DNA of 64,000 bases from Candidatus Latescibacterota bacterium (GTDB lineage Bacteria > Latescibacterota > UBA2968 > GCA-2709665): NCBI GenBank assembly GCA_965116875.1, contig OZ220733.1, forward strand, positions 3,776,001 through 3,840,000, given 5' to 3'. Below the pieces are notes generated by a model. It did not search any database. It had not been told where the DNA came from and saw only the letters and a program-made list of their open reading frames with translations. Each line of letters begins with the position of its first letter. Position 1 is the first letter of the stretch. Below, one piece after another: positions 58,075 through 64,000 of the stretch. Made by a program: the position numbers and the translations under genes.

Positions 58075-60042
58075 CTACCAGTCGTTCAGCTTGTGCCCGT
58101 CACCGTTGAACCAGACGAAGTCCGCGACCACGCCCAGACCCACGCCCGCAAGATAACCCATGAACATCCCAAGAAAAAGCGGCGCCAACCGCCGGTAGCT
58201 GTTGAGGCCGCCGAATCTCATGATCATGGCCTTGGCGAGCCATGCGATGAATATGGAGGTGACGCTGCTTCTGAGGACGTTGGAGGCGGAAATGGTGAAT
58301 CCGATGGGGTGAATCGGGAATCCCGGATAGCGGTATCTCAGGAAGACGAGGAGGCCGGTGAACGCGGCGCCGATGCCGAAGAACCCGACGCGGTCCCAGC
58401 TTGTGCCGGCGGTCCCTTCCTGGATGCGGGCGGCGGTATATCGCCAGATACCCACGGCGCCGTCGCCGGAACCGTTGAAGCTGACCACGCCGAAGTTATA
58501 GCTGCCCACGCCGTAGTAGCCGTGGTAGAGGATGAAGCCGATGACGGAAAGCGCGCCGGCCAGCGCCCCAAGGAGGACGCCGGGCGCCAGCAGGCGCCGG
58601 CGATCGGGCCGCATGGCCATGCCCAGCCTGGGGACGTGGGCGAGGGCGGTGACCGCCCAGGTCTTCGCGTCGCAGAAAAACGTGTAGGTCAGGCCGAGCG
58701 CAACCGCGCTGTGCGCGCCCATCCCCGCAATGCCGAACAGGTGCCACGTGAACGCCTGCGCCGTAATGGGTCCCCTCAGGTACACGAGGCCGCTTTCCAC
58801 GATGATGCGCGCCAGGCCCAGGTAGAGAACGAGGGTGGCGAACCAGAAGGCGAGCAGGGGCCCTGCGGCCATCCCCGCGCGGAACAGCCACACGAGCAGG
58901 TAGGCGCAGCCGGCCAGGAGCAGGTACACCGCCGCGCGGTAGGAAATGAGTTCCTTCGAGTCGTCGATATGGCCGGACCCTTCAGTGTGATTCCCATCCG
59001 CTGAACGCGCGAAGGCGCTCCTGAACACGGCGGCCAGGTGGCTTCGCGCAACCCAGAGGCCCCAACCCGTAAAGACGGTGAGACCGCCGAAGCTCTGCCA
59101 GCCGATGGCGGGGTCGAAGGAGCACCACATATCCGAACCGCCGATACTGAAGCCCAGGCGATTGAAGATGCCAACCTGCAGGATGGCCAGCAGGTGAAAA
59201 AGCCAGATGCTGAACAGGACGCTTGATTCCGTGAAGTACGCGAACGCGATCGTCATCGGATGAATCGAAAACGCAAAGTATGGGAAACCCTGGCCGATCC
59301 GGATAATCTTGCGGCTGAGGACGGTCATGGGCACGTCGAGTACGGGTATGGCCCTGACGAACCAGGTCGAGATGTTCCAGCAGAAGATGGCGACGATCAG
59401 CCAGAAACCGAACCGGAACAGGCGCGACCGTACCAGGGTGGACAGGCTGCGCTCGGAACCGGAAACTCCGGTGAGCTCAAGCACGGCGGTGGCGATCGGG
59501 AACGTGAGACGTTCGTTGTCCATCCACTGCTTCCGCAGAATCACGACCAGGCAGAAACTGACGGTTAGCACCGATCCAAGAAACCCGGCCCACCAGAAAA
59601 CCGGCGCCGCCCATGCGCCCCAGGGGAATTTCTGGCCCTTGAACAGACTCTCGTAGAAGCCGGTGGTGGCCGCCGGGTCCGCGACGACGGTCCACGACGG
59701 GATCCTGGTGAGCAGGTGGTCGGACCATTGGTTTTCGGGCGTGGCGAAGTAGGTGGGCGCCGTCACCACGCCGAGCAGATATCCCGAGAGCCATTCTCCC
59801 TGCATCGTTGCGGCGACCATCCCAATACAGCAGACGGCCAGCAATTCCGAGGCAGACAGGCCGCGGCCGCGTCGGTAAAGCGGCAGATTGAGGCCGAGCA
59901 GGCAGATGAAGGGAATCAGCAGGGCCACCGACAGGTGCGCGTAGTCGGCGCGCGAAGAATGCGCAATGAGGCTGGAGTAGGTGGGCCAGAGGTTGACCCA
60001 GACGGCCATGGCCAGGCCGATGAGGAGCGCGCGAAGCGTCAT
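58075..60042 (-). CDS. DUF6785/DUF6784-type polytopic membrane protein (putative peptide transporter)
   Basis: RKQW...ERL.FPI, P...P.HPIG, W..K..I.R.GG...YR...P.F.G motifs; many TM segments. Confidence 0.7.
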   Translation of the reverse strand: MTLRALLIGLAMAVWVNLWPTYSSLIAHSSRADYAHLSVALLIPFICLLGLNLPLYRRGRGLSASELLAVCCIGMVAATMQGEWLSGYLLGVVTAPTYFATPENQWSDHLLTRIPSWTVVADPAATTGFYESLFKGQKFPWGAWAAPVFWWAGFLGSVLTVSFCLVVILRKQWMDNERLTFPIATAVLELTGVSGSERSLSTLVRSRLFRFGFWLIVAIFCWNISTWFVRAIPVLDVPMTVLSRKIIRIGQGFPYFAFSIHPMTIAFAYFTESSVLFSIWLFHLLAILQVGIFNRLGFSIGGSDMWCSFDPAIGWQSFGGLTVFTGWGLWVARSHLAAVFRSAFARSADGNHTEGSGHIDDSKELISYRAAVYLLLAGCAYLLVWLFRAGMAAGPLLAFWFATLVLYLGLARIIVESGLVYLRGPITAQAFTWHLFGIAGMGAHSAVALGLTYTFFCDAKTWAVTALAHVPRLGMAMRPDRRRLLAPGVLLGALAGALSVIGFILYHGYYGVGSYNFGVVSFNGSGDGAVGIWRYTAARIQEGTAGTSWDRVGFFGIGAAFTGLLVFLRYRYPGFPIHPIGFTISASNVLRSSVTSIFIAWLAKAMIMRFGGLNSYRRLAPLFLGMFMGYLAGVGLGVVADFVWFNGDGHKLNDW

Positions 60043-60099
60043 GGTGTGCGCCGTCGGATGGGTTGAACGGATTGCGCCAGCGTCAATCCGGAGGCGGAA

Positions 60100-61152
60100 C
60101 TACAGACTTCCGGATACCGCGATCTTGATGGCGTCTCTGCCGTCCAGACGGTAACTGCCCGCGAGGGCGTTGAAGCCTTCGGGCACCCGGTCCAGCGGTA
60201 TGGTGTGGCTGACCATGTCGGCAAAGGGGAATTCGTTCTTTTCCAGGATGGGAAGGCCCCGCACGAAGTGATCGGCTGAACTCGCCCAGACGGCTTCGAA
60301 GCGCAGGTTCTTGCGCATGAACATCCGGTTCGGGTTGCATTCGAAAGTCCCGACGTCCACAAAATGGCCCATTTCGACGTAGGTGCCGTTCTGGCGCAGA
60401 TAGTCCAGACCCTCGGGCAGGGCCTGCAGGAAGCCGGCGCATTCAAAGACAATGTCCGCACCGGCCCCCCCGGGCGTGCTGTCTCTGACCGCTCGTTTTC
60501 GTTCCTCCGGGTCCGGAACCTCGGCGATGTCCACGGTCACGTCCGCGCCGATTTCGCGGGCGAGGTCCAGGCGCCCGGGCGGTCCACCGACCATGATCAA
60601 CCGTCCGGCGCCGCTGACTTTGGCGCAGATGAGGGTGACGAGGCCGATGGCGCCGGATCCCTGAACGACGACGGTGTCTCCAAACTGAATGCCGGCCCGC
60701 ATCACGCCGTGGACGCCGATCGTGAAGGGCTCCAGGAGGACGGCGACCTCGGGCGGCAGATCGGTCTTGAAGAAAACGGTCTCCGGGTTCCAGAGATAAA
60801 TGTATTCGCCAAAGCCGCCCCGGAGATAGGGTTGTTCTCCGGCCGGAATGAATCCGTATGCGCCCTGGGACGTTCCGGGCACGAGAGCGATCCGGTCTCC
60901 GGTTCTGACGGGACGTCCCAGATGGTCGTGGGTCACGCCTTCCCCCAGTGTGTCGACGATGCCGACGTTTTCGTGTCCCAGGATCATCTCGTCATTCAGT
61001 CTCTGATATTCCCAGTTATGCAGATCGGTGCCGCAGATGCCGGCCAGTTCCTGTCTCAAAAGGACGGTACCGGGCGCGGGTTCCGGGACGGGGTACTCAC
61101 GGATTTCAAAACGTTCGCCGACGACAACCGATGCACGGCCGGTTCTGGACAT
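60100..61152 (-). CDS. Zinc-binding alcohol dehydrogenase (MDR family)
   Basis: GICGTDLH, LGHE, GDR, EP, GSGAIG. The structural-Zn Cys cluster is absent. Confidence 0.88.
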   Translation of the reverse strand: MSRTGRASVVVGERFEIREYPVPEPAPGTVLLRQELAGICGTDLHNWEYQRLNDEMILGHENVGIVDTLGEGVTHDHLGRPVRTGDRIALVPGTSQGAYGFIPAGEQPYLRGGFGEYIYLWNPETVFFKTDLPPEVAVLLEPFTIGVHGVMRAGIQFGDTVVVQGSGAIGLVTLICAKVSGAGRLIMVGGPPGRLDLAREIGADVTVDIAEVPDPEERKRAVRDSTPGGAGADIVFECAGFLQALPEGLDYLRQNGTYVEMGHFVDVGTFECNPNRMFMRKNLRFEAVWASSADHFVRGLPILEKNEFPFADMVSHTIPLDRVPEGFNALAGSYRLDGRDAIKIAVSGSL

Positions 61153-61188
61153 GGAGATGTCCCTCCCTCCGACTTTCGGTCGGATGTG

Positions 61189-61989
61189 TCAGGATTGCGC
61201 GTAGAAACGGATTTTCGGGATGTCTTCGATAAAGCCGGATTCGTGGGCGTATCTGAAAAAGAGGTTCAGGCCCTCCAGTTCGGCCTCGCCAAAGTCGTAG
61301 CGGATCTTTTCGCCGAGGAAGTCGGCATAGAATGCGGCCGAACCCTGGCCTGACGACGCGCAGATCGCCGCAATATGGCGGATCTCGCCCACCCCCAGCG
61401 CCTTTGACCGGATGAGTTGCGCGGTCTGGTCGGGATCCAGCGCGCCGGGCGGGCCCGCCCAGCAGGCGTAGACGAAAGGAAGCCCGGTAAGCACGGTCCA
61501 CGCATTCCCCAGGTCGATTGCGCAACACGAGGCTGTATCCACGGCAAGCGCCGCGTCCCCGATGATGACGGCGGCATCGGCGAGGTCCAGCATGTGTCCG
61601 GCATCGGGAGGCAGGTGGAGGACGTCGGGCCTGCACCGGTATCTCTTCTCCAACAGTACGCGGCTGAGGACACTCGACGTCCGGGAGTTGACGTCGAGAG
61701 CGAGCGTCCGGATATCGGCGGGGTCTGTCCGGTGCAGGAGCAGTACGCTTCGAACCGGGCCCCGGGAGGAGATGCCAACCTCGGGCACGACGCAGTATGG
61801 AACGGGCCCGCGGGCGATTTCGATGGATGGGATGAGGGCCGCGTCGGCGTCGCCGCTGTGGAGGCGTTCGGCGCAGCGGGAGGGCACGTCGTAGGAAAGA
61901 TCGAAGCGGTGTTCGATCCGGCCGTTCTCCAGGGCGTGCACCAGCGGACGGGTGTTCAGAAACGAGACCACAGCGAGGCGGGTTGCCAT
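61189..61989 (-). CDS. mqnA: Chorismate dehydratase (futalosine pathway)
   Basis: FLNTRPL, PS..A..L..G..D.ALIP, SRTS..L, IGD.AL, DLG..W...TGLPFV.A.W. Start re-called at 61989. Confidence 0.92.
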   Translation of the reverse strand: MATRLAVVSFLNTRPLVHALENGRIEHRFDLSYDVPSRCAERLHSGDADAALIPSIEIARGPVPYCVVPEVGISSRGPVRSVLLLHRTDPADIRTLALDVNSRTSSVLSRVLLEKRYRCRPDVLHLPPDAGHMLDLADAAVIIGDAALAVDTASCCAIDLGNAWTVLTGLPFVYACWAGPPGALDPDQTAQLIRSKALGVGEIRHIAAICASSGQGSAAFYADFLGEKIRYDFGEAELEGLNLFFRYAHESGFIEDIPKIRFYAQS

Positions 61990-62000
61990 TCGCACGGCTT

Positions 62001-63101
62001 TCAGTTCACGATTTCGTACCGGGTGTCGCGTCTCGCCGGCCGGTAGCCGGCATCCCGGATGAGGCGTAACATCTCGGGAAGACTCATGTCGTCGGTGTGG
62101 CTGGTGCCCGCGGCGGAAACGACGTTTTCCTCCATCATGGTGCTGCCGAAGTCGTTGACGCCGTATTTGAGGCCGACCTGGGCGATCTTGGGACCCTGGG
62201 TCACCCACGAGGCCTGAAAACTCGGAATGTTGTCCAGGAACAGGCGGGAAACCGCAATGGTGCGCAGGTAGTCGTATCCAGTGGCCATCTTACCGTTCCA
62301 GCGGGCGTTGTCGGCGGCCAGATCGGTATCGTCCGGCTGGAAATTCCACGCAATGAATGCCGTGAGGCCGCCGGTGTCGTCCTGGAGGTCCCGGATGTGT
62401 TTCAGGTGTTCGAGGCGCTGCTCGACGGATTCCACGTGGCCGTACATCATGGTGGCGGTGGTGCGCATGCCCAGTTCGTGCGCGGCGCGATGCACCTCCA
62501 GCCACTCGTGGACGCGGTCCTTGCGGAAGCCGATGATATCGCGGACCTCATCCGACAGGATTTCGGCCCCGGCCCCCGGAATGGAGTCCAGGCCGGCGTC
62601 CCGGAGGCGCCGGATACAGTCCGGGATGGACAGACGCGAGATGTGCGCGATATAGATGATCTCGGTGGCGGAAAGGCAGTGCTGGTGGACCGACGGATAG
62701 CGGTCCCGTATGCTGGAGAAGAGATCTTCGTAATAGTCGATGCGAAGTTTGGGGTTCAGGCCGCCCTGCATGAGAATCTCGTTGGATTTGGGAATCCGCC
62801 CCCCGGCGTCCACAAGTTCGTCGATCTTCCGGAAAATCTCCTCACGGGGCAGGACGTACCCCTCGCCGGACCCGGGCGGGCGGTAGAACGCGCAGAAGTC
62901 GCATCGCACCCAGCAGACGTTCGTGTAGTTGATGTTGCGGCCGATGTTGTAGGTGACCACGTCTGCCGGCCATTTGCGCCTTCGCACGGTGTCGGCGAGC
63001 AGGCCCAGTTCGGCAATGTTGGGATGCGCCATCAGCCGCCGGGCGTCCTCCACCGTGATTCGTTCTTCCGCGTCGATCCTTTTGGCGATATCGTCGATCA
63101 T
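62001..63101 (-). CDS. mqnC: Cyclic dehypoxanthinyl futalosine synthase (radical SAM)
   Basis: RNINYTNVC...CDFCAFYR, LMQGGLNP, QASWVTQG, G.NDFGSTMMEENVV.AAG. Confidence 0.92.
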   Translation of the reverse strand: MIDDIAKRIDAEERITVEDARRLMAHPNIAELGLLADTVRRRKWPADVVTYNIGRNINYTNVCWVRCDFCAFYRPPGSGEGYVLPREEIFRKIDELVDAGGRIPKSNEILMQGGLNPKLRIDYYEDLFSSIRDRYPSVHQHCLSATEIIYIAHISRLSIPDCIRRLRDAGLDSIPGAGAEILSDEVRDIIGFRKDRVHEWLEVHRAAHELGMRTTATMMYGHVESVEQRLEHLKHIRDLQDDTGGLTAFIAWNFQPDDTDLAADNARWNGKMATGYDYLRTIAVSRLFLDNIPSFQASWVTQGPKIAQVGLKYGVNDFGSTMMEENVVSAAGTSHTDDMSLPEMLRLIRDAGYRPARRDTRYEIVN

Positions 63102-63147
63102 CGATCCATTCTCCGGGCCGAATGGTGCGTTTACACCTCGACAGGCT

Positions 63148-63999
63148 TCACGGAAGCACGGGCAATTCGCCGGGTACGGCTACAGGGTCCCCGTTTTCAA
63201 CGGCGTCCGGTTCCGTGTGGAGTTCGTTGTAGAGATTGTCGCGTTCCGCCGGAACCCGACCGGCTTCGATAATGCGTTCCACGAGGTGTTTCCGAGTAAG
63301 CACCTGGCGGGTCTCCTCGTACGTGCGCCTCGTGATCTCGTATTCCTGGATGGTGCCGTCGATGTCGTCCGCGCCGTACCACAGGGCGACCTGTGAGATC
63401 TCGATCGTATTCATGATCCAGAACGACTTGATATGCGGGAAGTTGTCCAGCATGAGGCGGGCGACGGCGATTTCGCGCAGGTCGGCTTCGCCGGTGGGCG
63501 CCGGCAGGTCTTCCAGTTCGGTGCGTTCGGGGTGGAAGGAAAGCGGGATGTAAGCCAGAAAACCGCGGGTTTCGTCCTGGAGTTCCCGCAGGCTGACGAG
63601 ATGCTGCACCCGTTCGTCAGGATTCTCGATGTGGCCGTAGAGCATCGTGGCGTTGGTGGGCAGACCGACTTCATGCGCGGTGCGGGCAACGCGCATCCAT
63701 TCGTCGGAGTCGGCCTTGGTCCAGAACATCTCCGCCTGAACACGATCGCTGAAGACTTCGGCGCCTCCGCCGGGAATTGACGAGACGCCCGCCGCCTTGA
63801 GTTCGAGCATGACTTCCCGGAGCGTTTTCTTTGCGGCTCTGGCGATCTGCACCCACTCGATCGCCGTAAATGCCTTGACAGCCACCTGGGGACGGACTTC
63901 CTTGACCGCGCGTACGATGTCGATATAGTAGGTATAGGGCAGTTTGGGGTTGATTCCCGCGACCATGTGGATTTCGGTGATGGGGATGTGCAGATATTG
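63148..63999 (-). CDS. mqnE: Aminofutalosine synthase (radical SAM), 5' end outside the window
   Basis: TEIHMVAG, PGGGAEVF, NATMLYGHIE, IPLSFHP, ARLMLDNFPHIK.FW, GADDIDGT, ERD..Y. Confidence 0.9.
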   Translation of the reverse strand, partial: QYLHIPITEIHMVAGINPKLPYTYYIDIVRAVKEVRPQVAVKAFTAIEWVQIARAAKKTLREVMLELKAAGVSSIPGGGAEVFSDRVQAEMFWTKADSDEWMRVARTAHEVGLPTNATMLYGHIENPDERVQHLVSLRELQDETRGFLAYIPLSFHPERTELEDLPAPTGEADLREIAVARLMLDNFPHIKSFWIMNTIEISQVALWYGADDIDGTIQEYEITRRTYEETRQVLTRKHLVERIIEAGRVPAERDNLYNELHTEPDAVENGDPVAVPGELPVLP

Positions 64000-64000
64000 T

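Overview
GC-rich bacterial window from a diderm: it encodes an LptE-like lipoprotein, futalosine-pathway mqnA/C/E, and DUF6785-type and heparinase II/III-like proteins. This gene content is reminiscent of Latescibacterota/Gemmatimonadota-like FCB lineages (inference). (1) About 2-24.8 kb is an island-like block, visibly AT-richer from about 4.5 kb. It holds radC, an ankyrin protein, a GAF histidine kinase with a sigma54 response regulator, and a textbook -24/-12 promoter. Two ABC-exporter clusters follow, each with tandemly duplicated membrane subunits and a single ATPase. The first has 4 large permeases and a NEW3/Ig-like protein bearing an MFP-like hairpin, and is interrupted by a group II intron 5' remnant. 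The second has 2x[permease, permease, HlyD] behind a promoter/small-ORF/terminator leader. (2) 24.9-31.8 kb contains metabolic genes. (3) 31.9-36.6 kb is a repeat-dense patch of toxin-antitoxin parts plus a probable UGA-recoded AhpD/CMD selenoprotein (CxxU with a SECIS-like hairpin). (4) Next come form II coxSLMG, an orphan RND pump, a Phe T-box riboswitch controlling an archaeal-type pheS/pheT, and tRNA-Leu(CAG). (5) The window ends with a heparinase-Kelch fusion, D-aminoacylase, DUF6785, a Zn dehydrogenase and mqnE-mqnC-mqnA. At least six families of short interspersed repeats/MITEs are present. All calls come from reading motifs by eye; no database searches were run.
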